Source: an uncultured Candidatus Saccharibacteria bacterium (lineage in GTDB: Bacteria > Patescibacteriota > Minisyncoccia > Phycocordibacterales > DATDWN01). From it: a DNA stretch of 64,000 nt. Made by a program: the position numbers and the translations under genes. The number at the start of each line of letters is the position of its first letter. Positions within the stretch are counted from its first letter, which is position 1. Of the stretch, positions 1-10,445 are shown in pieces. Under the pieces are notes generated by a model. That model worked only from the letters and a program-made list of their open reading frames with translations, was not told the DNA's origin and did no database searches. The stretch lies in the NCBI GenBank assembly GCA_964468795.1, contig CAYXWL010000001.1, forward strand, positions 232,246 to 296,245, written 5' to 3'.

Positions 1-524
1 GGAGAAAACATGTCGAACAAGTCAGCATTTTCAATATAGCCTTTTATATAAAAGAAAAGACCAAGCTTAATTACGCTCAGAGCTATAAATGCATAAACAA
101 AGCTATTTGGTATGACCTTGTGCCTTATATCGTAAACAACTATGACGAGGAGAATTGAAAAAACGATTGCATAGTAAAAGAAAAACAGCACTGAATATAA
201 CATGCCATGCTGAAACTGCCCGTATATTGACCACAAGGACAGCTGTCTTAGATATATCCCAACAAATATTAAACCTGTTATAAATTCAATTACTGGATAC
301 TGTGCTGAAATCGGACTCTTGCAGGTAGCGCATTTCCCCCTTAATGACAGGTAGCTGAAAAGAGGAATAAGCTCGTACCACTTTAAAGGAGAATTGCATG
401 TCGGACACCTTGATCTATCGTTATATATTGATAAGCCGGTGTTGTACCTTAATGCTACAACATTTAAAAAACTTCCAATGATTATTCCAATAATGAAAAT
501 AAATGCTATAGAAATGATATCCAT
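1..524 (-). CDS. pilD: prepilin peptidase (A24 family), C-terminus cut by window edge
   Basis: Own translation from ATG at 524: [60 protein letters not shown]-rich with paired CxxC motifs. Absent from the ORF track because it runs off the edge. Confidence 0.8.
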   Translation of the reverse strand, partial: MDIISIAFIFIIGIIIGSFLNVVALRYNTGLSIYNDRSRCPTCNSPLKWYELIPLFSYLSLRGKCATCKSPISAQYPVIEFITGLIFVGIYLRQLSLWSIYGQFQHGMLYSVLFFFYYAIVFSILLVIVVYDIRHKVIPNSFVYAFIALSVIKLGLFFYIKGYIENADLFDMFS

Positions 525-560
525 AAAATAATTATATCAGAGCGATCAGCCTTATAGCTA

Positions 561-980
561 TTAACAAGGTATGGTAGCACCAACTCCAGGGTCGTTATCC
601 AAGATTTTCACATTTCCTGAAGTGTCTGTGCAAAGCCAATCAACTCCTGATGTTGAATTGAATTGATTTTGAACTTTTAACTGTACTTTTACCTTATAAC
701 CCAATGCCGCGTTATAGCATAAATTAGTTATGCCTGAATATATATCTTGAAAATGAGTAGTCGGGTTGGTGTCATTACATATACCGCCATAGCTACCCTG
801 ATTTTCATAATAAAGTAAAGCAGCGCCTGCAAGATTTCTAAACGCAGCTTTTGCTGCAGCATCGGAAGCGCTTTTCCTAGCCGAATTAAGCTGTGACATA
901 ACTATAGAAGACAAAACGCCAATTATAGCAATAACCACAAGCAGTTCAATAAGAGTGAAACCTTTCTTATAAGAGTTCAT
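561..980 (-). CDS. type IV pilin-like protein
   Basis: N-terminus KKGFTLIELLVVIAIIGVLSS is a class III signal/N-methylation motif; C-terminal Cys pair. Confidence 0.8.
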   Translation of the reverse strand: MNSYKKGFTLIELLVVIAIIGVLSSIVMSQLNSARKSASDAAAKAAFRNLAGAALLYYENQGSYGGICNDTNPTTHFQDIYSGITNLCYNAALGYKVKVQLKVQNQFNSTSGVDWLCTDTSGNVKILDNDPGVGATIPC

Positions 981-1046
981 AAATTGTGTAATTATAATTA
1001 TATCAATCCATTGTCTTTATACAATAAAAACATGGTGATAACTCAT

Positions 1047-1074
1047 TAAAAAAACGCCATACGGCGTTTTTTTA
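1047..1074 (-). terminator. intrinsic terminator hairpin (A-run/T-run flanked, works on both strands)
   Basis: aaaaaaAACGCCatacGGCGTTttttt, located just downstream of the pilin gene ending at 1095. Confidence 0.55.
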
Positions 1075-1094
1075 ATGATATAAACTTAAATATA

Positions 1095-1511
1095 CTAGCA
1101 ACTTGTTGCGGCTCCTACGCCAGCAGCCTTTTCAGTTGATGTTCCTGTTGAGTCAACACACCAGAATTTTGTTGTGTCACTCTTTAGCTGAGCTGACATT
1201 GCCCATGCAGTATTTGCACCTCCCGTATCATTACATACAACTGCTGCTGAACCTGCATTTGTAGCACCATTCTTCATGTTTAGGATACCTGCTGTATCAG
1301 TACATACGTTTTGGTATGAATTTGAGTGTCCATCGTAGTATAGCTCAGCCTGTGCTCGTGCGTTTGCCAAGCTAGCCTTGATTGCAGCATCTGAACCCTT
1401 TCCTCGTGCTGTGTTAAGAGATGCCAAAACTACTGATGATAGAATACCGATAATTGCAATAACCACTAGAAGCTCGATAAGTGTAAAACCTCGATTGAAC
1501 TTGTCTTTCAT
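1095..1511 (-). CDS. type IV pilin-like protein
   Basis: Start moved to MKDKFNRGFTLIELLVVIAIIGILSS (ATG at 1511). Prepilin motif; four Cys in the C-terminal half. Confidence 0.8.
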   Translation of the reverse strand: MKDKFNRGFTLIELLVVIAIIGILSSVVLASLNTARGKGSDAAIKASLANARAQAELYYDGHSNSYQNVCTDTAGILNMKNGATNAGSAAVVCNDTGGANTAWAMSAQLKSDTTKFWCVDSTGTSTEKAAGVGAATSC

Positions 1512-1667
1512 ATTTAAATTAATTTTAATTATTACTATTTTCTTATAATCAAATTTATTTTTCCGTTCTCTCGACCGCCCAATCTCCTTATAGAGACGCC
1601 CGTTTTCCAAACGAATAACTACATTATAGAACCGAAAACAAAGACTGAAAAGGCACTATGTGGATAA

Positions 1668-2879
1668 TTATGCCGTTCCTGCCGCAATGTTATATATAGG
1701 CATAAGTACGGCAGATAGCAGGATTCCCACTCCCAAGCCCAGTCCCACTATCATCACAGGCTCAATAAGGCTCACCAAAGTATCCACAGCCGTACTAACT
1801 TCCCTTTCGTAGAACTTGGCTAGCGAGTTTAAAATATTGCCCAATTCTCCTGTTTCCTCTCCGACTTTTGTCATTTGAGTAAGGAGGTTTGGAATTTCTT
1901 TGTGTAGAGAAAGTGCATCTGAAAGCGAAGTACCTTCCCTTACCCTCATCAATGTATCGTCTAGAATCTTCTTGTAAACTCTGTTATCAACTACGCTTGA
2001 TGTAATATCCAGCGCTCTCAATATAGGGATACCGCTGATTATCATAGTGTGCAAGTTGTCGGCGATTCGAGAAAGATAGAGCTTCTTGTACAGATCTCCG
2101 ATATAAGGCAATTCTAGCTTTAAAGTGTCAAAGTAAAGTCCCCCCTCGTCTGTTCTTGAGTATCTCCAAGTAAAGAAACCTGCGACAACCAAAGTAACAC
2201 CCATGTAAAGACCATAGTCCGTAAACAGCTTGCTAATCCACAAAACGATCTGGGTATATATAGGAACTTGCTGTCCAGAGTCAGTAATCATTAGAGCAAT
2301 TTTCGGAATAATAACCGTAAGCATAAGAATCATCACGCTAATGAAAGTGAATACCACGAAAGCAGGATAAATAAGGGCGCTTTTTGCCTTTGAAGTAACC
2401 TCGTAAGTTCTATCCATATAGTCAGCTAGGTAGATGAATATATCCTCAAGTTTTCCAGACTCTTCTCCTGATCTAACCATGTTTACATAAAAAGAAGAGA
2501 ATGCGTCAGGATACTTGCTCATTGCCACCGATATAGGGCTTCCGCCTTGAATATCATCAGCAATTGCTGTGAGGTACTTTCGCAATACAGCATTATCTAT
2601 CTGATTACCAAGAAGCCTGAAGATTCTCAATGCTGGAACTTTTGCTGAAAAAAGCGTTGACATCTGCCTCGAAAGAATCACGATGTCCTTGTTAGAAACT
2701 CCATTAAACAAGGAAATCATGAGAGGGAAATTTCCAGGAGCATCCTCCTGCATGTGGATCTGGGAAATGACTAGACCCTTTTTTTGAAGAGTATTTATGG
2801 CGATATCAACATTAAAAGCCTCGATTGTTCCTTGTGTTTCTTGTCCTGTGCTTGTTATAGCCTTGTAGTTGAAAATCAT
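1668..2879 (-). CDS. pilC: type IV pilus platform protein (GspF/PilC family)
   Basis: 403 aa polytopic membrane protein with duplicated T2SS-F-like halves, inside the pilB/pilT cluster. Confidence 0.9.
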   Translation of the reverse strand: MIFNYKAITSTGQETQGTIEAFNVDIAINTLQKKGLVISQIHMQEDAPGNFPLMISLFNGVSNKDIVILSRQMSTLFSAKVPALRIFRLLGNQIDNAVLRKYLTAIADDIQGGSPISVAMSKYPDAFSSFYVNMVRSGEESGKLEDIFIYLADYMDRTYEVTSKAKSALIYPAFVVFTFISVMILMLTVIIPKIALMITDSGQQVPIYTQIVLWISKLFTDYGLYMGVTLVVAGFFTWRYSRTDEGGLYFDTLKLELPYIGDLYKKLYLSRIADNLHTMIISGIPILRALDITSSVVDNRVYKKILDDTLMRVREGTSLSDALSLHKEIPNLLTQMTKVGEETGELGNILNSLAKFYEREVSTAVDTLVSLIEPVMIVGLGLGVGILLSAVLMPIYNIAAGTA

Positions 2880-2883
2880 ATTT

Positions 2884-3948
2884 TTATTTTAACATCCTAT
2901 CCAGACCCTTTGCATTATTACTGTATTGATATGCACTCTCGATAGTAATCTCGCCATTTCTAACAAGCTCACTTAAGTACCTGTTTAGATCAATCATGCC
3001 TTCTCCTGAAGATGTTTCTATTATCGAATTAATCTCATGAACCCTGTTCTCTCTGATAAGGTTGGCCACTGCGCTGTTATTTATTAAAAGCTCTACAGCA
3101 GGAATAAGTCCGCCTGATATCCTAGGAATGAGCCTTTGTGACAAAATTCCAATCAAGCTTCCAGAAAGCTGAGTCCTTATCTGCTCCTGCTGGATAGCAT
3201 CAAAGGAATCAAGAATTCTTTCGATGCTTCTGGCTGCATCGTTGGTGTGCAGAGTTGAAAAGACCAAATGTCCTGTTTCCGCGGCAGTAACAGCTGTTGA
3301 CATATCTTCAGGTGAACGCATTTCTCCAATCATGATAACGTCAACGTCTTGCCTGAATGTTCCCCTGAGGCCAGCGTGGAAATCTGGCGTGTCCTGCAAG
3401 ACTTCTCGCTGATCAATGATTGATTTTTTTGATTCAAAAATATATTCGATCGGATCTTCAATTGTAATAATATGCTCGAATCTGTCTTGATTGATCCTTT
3501 CAATCATGGAGGCGAGAGTAGTGCTTTTGCCCTGTCCTGTAGGACCTACAACCAAAAAGAATCCCTGCTGTTTGGCTGTAAATGTTTCGATAATAGAAGG
3601 CAGGTTAAGCTCTGCAAAAGTCTTTATCTGCTTAGGAATGAGCCTCAAGGCTACGCTCATTTTCCCTACTTGAAAATATGCATTTCCTCTGAATCTCGTG
3701 CCGGTCTGATCATAAGCAAAATCCACCTCTTTCTTATCAATAAAAATTTCCTTTTTGGAATCGTCGAGCAAAACATCTAAAATGCCTTTCATGTCCTGCT
3801 TTGTCAGGACATGGCTGTTCGTCATAGGAATAAGTGTGCCGGATACTCGAATAATAGGCTGTCTGCCTTCAGACAAATGAAGGTCGGATGCATTTTCAGA
3901 AATCAAAATTGAAATCAGGCTTTCGATTGTTTTTTTGTAATCCGACAT
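2884..3948 (-). CDS. pilT: twitching-motility retraction ATPase
   Basis: 354 aa. Walker A GPTGQGKST, Asp box and His box (TLHTNDA) typical of PilT. Confidence 0.9.
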   Translation of the reverse strand: MSDYKKTIESLISILISENASDLHLSEGRQPIIRVSGTLIPMTNSHVLTKQDMKGILDVLLDDSKKEIFIDKKEVDFAYDQTGTRFRGNAYFQVGKMSVALRLIPKQIKTFAELNLPSIIETFTAKQQGFFLVVGPTGQGKSTTLASMIERINQDRFEHIITIEDPIEYIFESKKSIIDQREVLQDTPDFHAGLRGTFRQDVDVIMIGEMRSPEDMSTAVTAAETGHLVFSTLHTNDAARSIERILDSFDAIQQEQIRTQLSGSLIGILSQRLIPRISGGLIPAVELLINNSAVANLIRENRVHEINSIIETSSGEGMIDLNRYLSELVRNGEITIESAYQYSNNAKGLDRMLK

Positions 3949-4340
3949 TATTTTTTCTTATTCTTATAAATGTTCAGCACCTGATCTACAACTTCAGACG
4001 GAATGGTCATGGCTTTTATAATATATCCGTCAACTCCCATACTTTTTGCTTTATCCAGATCGTCTGCTTGGTTTGTGAGCATTATTATGGCTGCTTGCGG
4101 TGCAAGATTTTCAGTTCTAATAAATTTAAGGAGTTCTAAGCCATCAATGCCAGGCATAATTATATCCAAAACAATGATGTCAAAAGACTTGTCGTTTCTC
4201 AGCTTATCTAGGGCATTTTGACTGCTTGATGACGTATCAATTTCTAATCCGCTTTTTTTGAACTTCAAAGAATACATATCTAGCAGAAACTTGTCATCAT
4301 CAACCAACAGAATTTTTAATGCCTTTTTTTCTTGTATCAT
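3948..4340 (-). CDS. stand-alone response-regulator receiver (CheY-like)
   Basis: 130 aa. LVDDD .. DIIVLDIIMPGIDG .. K motif pattern of REC domains. Confidence 0.85.
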   Translation of the reverse strand: MIQEKKALKILLVDDDKFLLDMYSLKFKKSGLEIDTSSSSQNALDKLRNDKSFDIIVLDIIMPGIDGLELLKFIRTENLAPQAAIIMLTNQADDLDKAKSMGVDGYIIKAMTIPSEVVDQVLNIYKNKKK

Positions 4341-4349
4341 GTTTGTAAA

Positions 4350-6065
4350 TTATACCATGTTAACTTCTTCGAAAGGAATTACTTGATTCATTGATTTGAT
4401 AATTGCATCTTCTTTCATAGACAACATTCCTTTTGATCTTGCTATCTTGGCTATTTCTATCTCATCGAGATTTTTTAGAATTGCAGTTTCAATATCCTTA
4501 TCCATTTCAAGCACTTCCATAACCGCAATTCTCCCTCGAGTTCCGTTAGGACAATCCTGCGTTTGTCCTGCTTTGTAAACTTTGTCTGTAAACTCAAGAT
4601 CTTTTTTGTATTGAGGAGGAAGATCGCTGAACTGCTTGTCTATCATAGCCTTGATGCTTCCTTCTACCTCTACAGGCACTCCGGCATTAGGACAGAGTTT
4701 TGATGCAAGTCTTTGAGCAATCGCCAATACCAAAGTCGGAGCAATAAGATACGGATCAACACCCATATCCAAAAGCCTTGGTATCACTCCTACGGCTCCG
4801 TTGGTGTGGATAGTTGAAAACACCAAGTGTCCAGTAAGGGCAGCTTGAATAGCCAGCTGAGCTGTTTCCTTGTCTCGAATCTCACCCACCATGATAATGT
4901 CCGGGTCCTGCCTCAATGTTGTTCTAAGACCTGAAGCAAAGGTGTAACCTATATCAGGCTGAACTTGAGACTGTGAAAGTCCTTCGATGTTGTATTCGAT
5001 AGGGTCTTCAAGCGAAAGCACGTTTTGATGTTCCCTATCAAGCTCGTTGAGCATAGAATACAAAGTCGTGGTTTTTCCCGATCCAGTAGGACCAGAGATT
5101 AGGACTAGGCCGTATGGCTTCTTGATAGCTTCCTTGATGAGCTTTAGATTTCGCTTGCTCAAGCCAAGCTCATCCAGCTTCTTAACGCCTTTCTCCTGAT
5201 CCAAAAGTCGCATCACAACCTTTTCTCCGAAATAAGTTGGAAATGTGGAGACTCGAAAGTCGATTTTTCTGTCCTCCACCTTTGTCGTAAATCTTCCGTC
5301 CTGAGGCTTCCTTTTTTCGTCTAACCTCATGTTAGAAAGAATTTTAATTCTGGCTACCACAGCAGCATGCACTCTCGAAGGAAGTGTGAGGCTGGTGTTC
5401 ATTTCACCATCAACTCGGAATCTCACTTTGACCTGCTCTCTCCATGGTTCAATATGGATGTCTGAGGCATTGCCGTCAGTAGCATATCGCAAAATTGTTG
5501 CTACGATTTTTGTTACGGGAGCATCCTCGGAAATCTGATTTCCTTGTATAACCTCCTGCTCAAGCTCAGCCTGTTCAGCCTTGTCTTTTTCCGACTTAAG
5601 CTCAACTTCAAGTTCGGAAAGGGATTTTGAGACTTCAGCTGTAAGACCTTTGTATAGTGAAAAAACTTTTGTAAAATCATCTTCGCTGACCAGATATATC
5701 TTAAAAGGCATCTGAACCTTTGAAGCAATAAAGTTCAAAGCGTCTCTCGCTTCCATGTCATCTGGATCAACCATGCCAACCTCCAGCACGCCCTTTTTTA
5801 CTCCGATCGGAACAAACTTGTAGTGGGAAGCGGAATCTTCTGGAATATAGTGCAATATCTTGTCGCCAATCTCATGCTCATTGACTGTTCTAGTTGGTAT
5901 GTCGAAATATTCGCCCTTGGCTAGCAAAATTTCCTGAGGAGATACTCCTTTTTTAATTAAAGCCTCTTCAATAGTTACATTAGACGAAACAGACTCATTT
6001 GTAATAAGCTCTGCTGTTTTTTGATCTATTATTCCTTTTTCTGCCAGTATCTTTAATATATCCAT
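4350..6065 (-). CDS. pilB: type IV pilus assembly ATPase (GspE/PilB family)
   Basis: 571 aa. Walker A GPTGSGKTTT, T2SS-E N-terminal domain, C-terminal tetracysteine-like region. Confidence 0.9.
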   Translation of the reverse strand: MDILKILAEKGIIDQKTAELITNESVSSNVTIEEALIKKGVSPQEILLAKGEYFDIPTRTVNEHEIGDKILHYIPEDSASHYKFVPIGVKKGVLEVGMVDPDDMEARDALNFIASKVQMPFKIYLVSEDDFTKVFSLYKGLTAEVSKSLSELEVELKSEKDKAEQAELEQEVIQGNQISEDAPVTKIVATILRYATDGNASDIHIEPWREQVKVRFRVDGEMNTSLTLPSRVHAAVVARIKILSNMRLDEKRKPQDGRFTTKVEDRKIDFRVSTFPTYFGEKVVMRLLDQEKGVKKLDELGLSKRNLKLIKEAIKKPYGLVLISGPTGSGKTTTLYSMLNELDREHQNVLSLEDPIEYNIEGLSQSQVQPDIGYTFASGLRTTLRQDPDIIMVGEIRDKETAQLAIQAALTGHLVFSTIHTNGAVGVIPRLLDMGVDPYLIAPTLVLAIAQRLASKLCPNAGVPVEVEGSIKAMIDKQFSDLPPQYKKDLEFTDKVYKAGQTQDCPNGTRGRIAVMEVLEMDKDIETAILKNLDEIEIAKIARSKGMLSMKEDAIIKSMNQVIPFEEVNMV

Positions 6066-6084
6066 ATGTTCTTTCGGAAATTAC

Positions 6085-6414
6085 CTATCTTTTAGATTGC
6101 GATGAATTTGAGTTAGAAGTTGGTTTAGGATAATTTTGGAAAGGATTCGTCTTTCCCTGCTCTTCAGTAGATAGAACTACGCTATAATCCACCAAACTCT
6201 GAAAGACAGTGGATGTAAATACAGATTTATCAATTGAAATATTTTCAAGCTTATTTATCAGTCCAGTTATCTCCTGTCCAACAGCATCGCCCTGTGAAGT
6301 CATCGTTAGGCCGTCTGGAGTAGGTTCAGTATTTACGAGCCTATAGCCAAGGTACACTATTAGAAGTGCGACGCTCAGGTATATAAGAATTTTTTGTACT
6401 GATTGTGGCAACAT
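6085..6414 (-). CDS. small membrane-anchored protein in the pilMNO cluster (PilP-like position)
   Basis: Start moved to MLPQSVQKILIYLSVALLIVYLGY. Single N-terminal TM; directly follows the pilO-like stop. Confidence 0.45.
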   Translation of the reverse strand: MLPQSVQKILIYLSVALLIVYLGYRLVNTEPTPDGLTMTSQGDAVGQEITGLINKLENISIDKSVFTSTVFQSLVDYSVVLSTEEQGKTNPFQNYPKPTSNSNSSQSKR

Positions 6415-6415
6415 G

Positions 6416-6967
6416 TTATTGAAGTGAATAAGTTTGTATTTGAATGCTGTAATCAAGCGTATCCCCCGTCGATCCGGTCGGCTTTGATATTGTGACTTTT
6501 ACAACATCTAGAAGCTGAAGGCTGTTCTCTATGTCGGAAAGGAAATTTATAAAATTTCCATACTGGCCTGTAACTTTAAAGCTGATTGTGTTTGTCTTGT
6601 ATCCTGTTTCTCCAGTCTGTGTATCATCTTGGTTTTTGTTCGCATAGTCAGCAACGTCAAATTTATAATCTGACATGCTCAAGGCGTTTCTCGCAGAAAG
6701 ATTATAAAGGTCGTTCATAAGAGGTATAGGATTGAACTTGGTAGGAACCAATTTCTGAAGTTTGGAAACTTCTTCCTCGCTCAAGCTGTTGTATTCGCTT
6801 AAAGCCTTGTCTCTTTTTGCGGCTATATCCTGAGTGCTGTTCAAAAGACTTACATACTTTGAGTTTTCAGCAATCATGTTCTTTACCACCAAAGTCTGAG
6901 GAGAAATGTACATTGTGTACATTGCGATTGAGAGCAGTATTAACAATATTGGTATGAGTACTTTCAT
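6416..6967 (-). CDS. PilO-like pilus assembly protein
   Basis: 183 aa with an N-terminal TM and a coiled-coil region; called from position between the pilN-like gene and downstream genes. Confidence 0.55.
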   Translation of the reverse strand: MKVLIPILLILLSIAMYTMYISPQTLVVKNMIAENSKYVSLLNSTQDIAAKRDKALSEYNSLSEEEVSKLQKLVPTKFNPIPLMNDLYNLSARNALSMSDYKFDVADYANKNQDDTQTGETGYKTNTISFKVTGQYGNFINFLSDIENSLQLLDVVKVTISKPTGSTGDTLDYSIQIQTYSLQ

Positions 6968-6969
6968 GT

Positions 6970-7653
6970 TTAATTTGTATTATTGGAAGTGGTGGTGCTG
7001 TTTTCTGTAACTGGTTGCTCACCTTCTGCAGTGCTGTTGCTCTTATCTTTTCCTTCTATAAATCTCCTATACGAAGTAAGTACAGGCATTATTTCAGCAG
7101 TAAGCGTATACCCGACCCCGCCGTTTTTTGTAACTGCAACATCCGTAATTAGTGGGTTTTTTATGTATTCTGTGCTTTCAAATATTTCCTGCTGTTTTAC
7201 CAAAGCATTAAAGGACTGAGTCTCTCCTTTTATGATAATCTGAGGCTTGTTTGTTTTCTTTGTGAACTCAAAGTTGTCGAACTGAGACTTTTTTACGATA
7301 GACTGTTCAAGTAAAGCCAAGACTCTGGAAGAAGCTATATGGTTTTCAAGCAAATTCTTTGTTAGCTCGATTTTCTTATCAGCAAGTATAAGTTCATTTA
7401 TTTTTTCAACATCAAATGCCTTCTTGGCATCATCCAAGTTTGCAACAGACTGCTTAATTTGGTTTTTTAGATAATACTCGTATCCAAAAAGCCCCCCCAT
7501 AGCAAAAAGAGCGACCACAAAAAGAGTTATGGCAACGACTGAAAACAGATCAACGTTCTGGATAGCGACAGGATTTATCGGAATCGAACTAGGAGTATAT
7601 ATTCCCGTATCTGATTTCTTTGGAATGAACGATGTTTGAAACTTTGGTTCCAT
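6970..7653 (-). CDS. PilN-like pilus assembly protein
   Basis: 227 aa with a single TM (FSVVAITLFVVALFAMGGLFGY), downstream of pilM. Confidence 0.55.
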   Translation of the reverse strand: MEPKFQTSFIPKKSDTGIYTPSSIPINPVAIQNVDLFSVVAITLFVVALFAMGGLFGYEYYLKNQIKQSVANLDDAKKAFDVEKINELILADKKIELTKNLLENHIASSRVLALLEQSIVKKSQFDNFEFTKKTNKPQIIIKGETQSFNALVKQQEIFESTEYIKNPLITDVAVTKNGGVGYTLTAEIMPVLTSYRRFIEGKDKSNSTAEGEQPVTENSTTTSNNTN

Positions 7654-7745
7654 AATATATGCATAAATTATATTACAGATAAAAATAAAAAACTATTTAT
7701 TATGTGTAAAACTTTTTTACTATCTTCTAAAACAAAATAATCTTC

Positions 7746-8864
7746 TTAAGAGAATTCCTGAAGCTTTCTTAGAGCTACTCCTACAGCTACAGCAAACTCT
7801 GGTCCAGTTTCCTTTAGGACTTTTTCTAGAAACGCAGGAGAAACCACCTTGCCGAAAGGATCACCAGCTACAACTTCTGTTTGAAAATTCTTTTTTGCCA
7901 CATCAACTACCCCTTTTAAGGCACTGCCTCCTCCAACAAGTACTACCTTGGCAACATTTTTGGCATATTTTTTCTGATAAGCCAATAGAACCTTGCTAGC
8001 TTCTGAGAAAATGTAGCTTAGGGTAAATGTTCCAACGTCACTGAGCTTTATTCCGTTTATTTCTCCTAACAAGCCCTGTTCTCTTTTTAAGTATTCGGCA
8101 TCTTCCATTGAAATGCCTAGAGATTTTGAAATTTCGTCTGTAACTTTGTGTGCGCCTTTTTCAATAAGATGAGTTGATCTTAGTATGCCTTTTTCAACAA
8201 TATACAGCTTTGTGCTGGCAGCCCCCATATCAACTATCATAATAGGAGCAACTTCCTGATCAAGGATTGATCTTATTGTGCTGAATATTTCGATTTCAAA
8301 GAAACTAGCGTCAAGGTTTGTCTTTGTAACAATGTCCTTGTAGCGATTGATAGTGTCATTATGCAGTGCAACCATAAGAACCTCTATTTTCTCAAAAGGA
8401 TTGCTGGTATTGGCAACTGGAGACGGCTCCGTATCGCTGTTTTTATCTTTGGGAATAATGTACCAATCGAGAGTAACTTCTGAAATTGGAACTGGAACAT
8501 ATTTTCTAGCTTCTAGAGGGACCATCTCCGCCAATTGCTTCTTGCCGACGACAGGAAGCTCGATTACAGCCATGAGGCTAGATGAAAACGGTATTGCCAC
8601 ACCGCAAGACCTAGTTGTAATATTTACCTCTTTCTCTGAAAGCATGTCGTTCAGAGCCTCAACTATTTTTTCTATAGGCAGATTTGTTGCCTCTCCTACC
8701 CCTTTTCCTGCATACGGACCTAAAGCAAGCTCTCCATAAGTTTCAAGCACAGGATGTTCGTTTTTTTGACTAAGCTGTACTAATTTTATAGAAGAAGAGC
8801 CAATATCTATTCCAACAACGCTAGGAATCTGCTTATTTAGTAATCTGGTAAGAAAATTAGCCAT
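7746..8864 (-). CDS. pilM: type IV pilus assembly ATPase-fold protein PilM
   Basis: 372 aa actin/HSP70-like fold. VVGIDIGSSSIKLVQL near the N-terminus and LVGGGSALKG near the C-terminus. Confidence 0.8.
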   Translation of the reverse strand: MANFLTRLLNKQIPSVVGIDIGSSSIKLVQLSQKNEHPVLETYGELALGPYAGKGVGEATNLPIEKIVEALNDMLSEKEVNITTRSCGVAIPFSSSLMAVIELPVVGKKQLAEMVPLEARKYVPVPISEVTLDWYIIPKDKNSDTEPSPVANTSNPFEKIEVLMVALHNDTINRYKDIVTKTNLDASFFEIEIFSTIRSILDQEVAPIMIVDMGAASTKLYIVEKGILRSTHLIEKGAHKVTDEISKSLGISMEDAEYLKREQGLLGEINGIKLSDVGTFTLSYIFSEASKVLLAYQKKYAKNVAKVVLVGGGSALKGVVDVAKKNFQTEVVAGDPFGKVVSPAFLEKVLKETGPEFAVAVGVALRKLQEFS

Positions 8865-8918
8865 AACTATGTAAGTTGTTAATTAGTATAACACAGCGCC
8901 AATTTATATAATATATCT

Positions 8919-9575
8919 ATGTTGAAAAGTTTATTGGATTTTCTGAAAAAAATAGCGGATGAAATTGCTCCAAAAAGGAAGGATTTTGAAATTGTAAAAA
9001 ATTTATCAGAAAATGAAATCGAAAATCTGCCTAAAAGCCCTTCGCCTCTTGGAATGGACTGGATAAAACCTTTATTTAAGTACAAAAATAGAATTGTCCA
9101 AGCCATTATTTGGGAACTTAAATACAAAGAAAATACATTGCCATTAGGTGTTATTGGAAAAATGATGTATGAGGAAATAATTGAGCTGATGTCAGAAATC
9201 ATGATGTTTGACAGCGATGCTGAGTTTTTGTTAATACCGATACCTATTACGCCCGAGAGAAGAAGCGAAAGGGGCTACAACCAAAGCGAATATATTGCCA
9301 AAGCCATATTGGAAAATGATTCCGGTCATTTCCTACTATACGCTCCGCAATGGTTTGAAAAAATAAAAGAGACTCATAGGCAAAGCCACAGCCGAAACAA
9401 GGAGGAAAGAATGCATAACCTGATGGATTGCTTTAGGGCTGATAACAGAGTCTCCGGAAAATATGTTATTTTAATTGACGACGTTACCACAACCGGAAGC
9501 ACTCTGTATGAAGCAAAGAAATCTATTATTTCTGGAGGAGCAAAAAATGTCTACGCATTTACCATTGCTCATTAA
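8919..9575 (+). CDS. comFC: ComF-family phosphoribosyltransferase-domain protein
   Basis: C-terminal PRTase motif VILIDDVTTTGSTL and RGYNQSE motif. Confidence 0.75.
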   Translation: MLKSLLDFLKKIADEIAPKRKDFEIVKNLSENEIENLPKSPSPLGMDWIKPLFKYKNRIVQAIIWELKYKENTLPLGVIGKMMYEEIIELMSEIMMFDSDAEFLLIPIPITPERRSERGYNQSEYIAKAILENDSGHFLLYAPQWFEKIKETHRQSHSRNKEERMHNLMDCFRADNRVSGKYVILIDDVTTTGSTLYEAKKSIISGGAKNVYAFTIAH

Positions 9576-9576
9576 A

Positions 9577-10134
9577 TTAAAAAGCCTTGAAGTTGCTTTT
9601 ATCCTGCAATATCCGATCCACCTCCTCATAGCCCTTAAGGTATGAAAAATTGTACCTTGCAGGAAGAGCAAAAACATAATTTGCATTTCTTCCGAGCTCA
9701 GAAGGATTCACGGGTGCTGCCCCAATATGGAATTTATCAGCTTTCATTTCGTTCCACTGATCAGTTGTAAATACCATGACTGGAATATCTTGTCGTGGAG
9801 TAGTAGTACTCCATTCTGGATGCCTTATTGAAATCATAGGGCCGGACACTGTTCCCAAAACCAGATTCCCCTTCGAGTTCAAGCTATCTCCAGACCACTT
9901 ATTTTCCACTACCGAGTACCCCGACCAGCTTTTCGGCACATCAATGCTAAATCCATACTTTTCATTTCGATATGTTATGGAATTTGAATTCTGAGTTGTT
10001 GTACCTGCTGATCCATTATTACCAGTAATAGTACCAGGAGACGGTATCTGCCTACTTCCTAAAAAGTAATACATTAGCCCGCCAACAAAAGCTACTGCAA
10101 TAATTATTACAGCTATTTTTGATGAATTTTTCAT
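9577..10134 (-). CDS. hypothetical exported protein
   Basis: N-terminal TM/signal anchor KIAVIIIAVAFVGGLMYYF. No recognisable domain. Confidence 0.55.
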   Translation of the reverse strand: MKNSSKIAVIIIAVAFVGGLMYYFLGSRQIPSPGTITGNNGSAGTTTQNSNSITYRNEKYGFSIDVPKSWSGYSVVENKWSGDSLNSKGNLVLGTVSGPMISIRHPEWSTTTPRQDIPVMVFTTDQWNEMKADKFHIGAAPVNPSELGRNANYVFALPARYNFSYLKGYEEVDRILQDKSNFKAF

Positions 10135-10204
10135 ATATTTAATTATACCACTTACTTTAAGCTACAACCTTAATATGAAAGAGAGATTAAGAGCATTGAA
10201 AAGT

Positions 10205-10445
10205 GTTTAGTATAGGGAGTAGGAAGTGCTACTTCCACATCTCAAAACTCGCCGTCGCTCGTTTTGGTAGTGTCAGTAGCTCGCGACCCATTCTGCTGAA
10301 TGGGTACACCGCTTCGTTTTTTGAATCCGCACGAAAGCTGTCCCACAGCTTTCTCCTAAAACCAAACTTCGTTAGATTTTCTCCTGCGGGCTAGTCGGGT
10401 TAAGTACCCGTGAGGTGAGACCCCATAAGGGTATTTTAGCACATT
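10205..10445. other. GC-elevated, hairpin-rich intergenic segment (possible ncRNA; strand unknown)
   Basis: Several perfect hairpins: GGAAGTgctACTTCC, ACCCATTctgctgAATGGGT, GAAAGCTGTcccACAGCTTTC. Track ORF 10203..10394 has no RBS. Confidence 0.25.

Noticed and set aside
8879-9202. 107-aa minus-strand ORF overlapping comF, together with similar shadow ORFs: 12396..12869, 14987..15502, 15878..16336, 16179..16478, 37652..38032, 38698..39077 and 53379..53909.
   Set aside because: All lie antisense to longer ORFs that have clear motifs, and their low-complexity composition is typical of AT-rich antisense frames.
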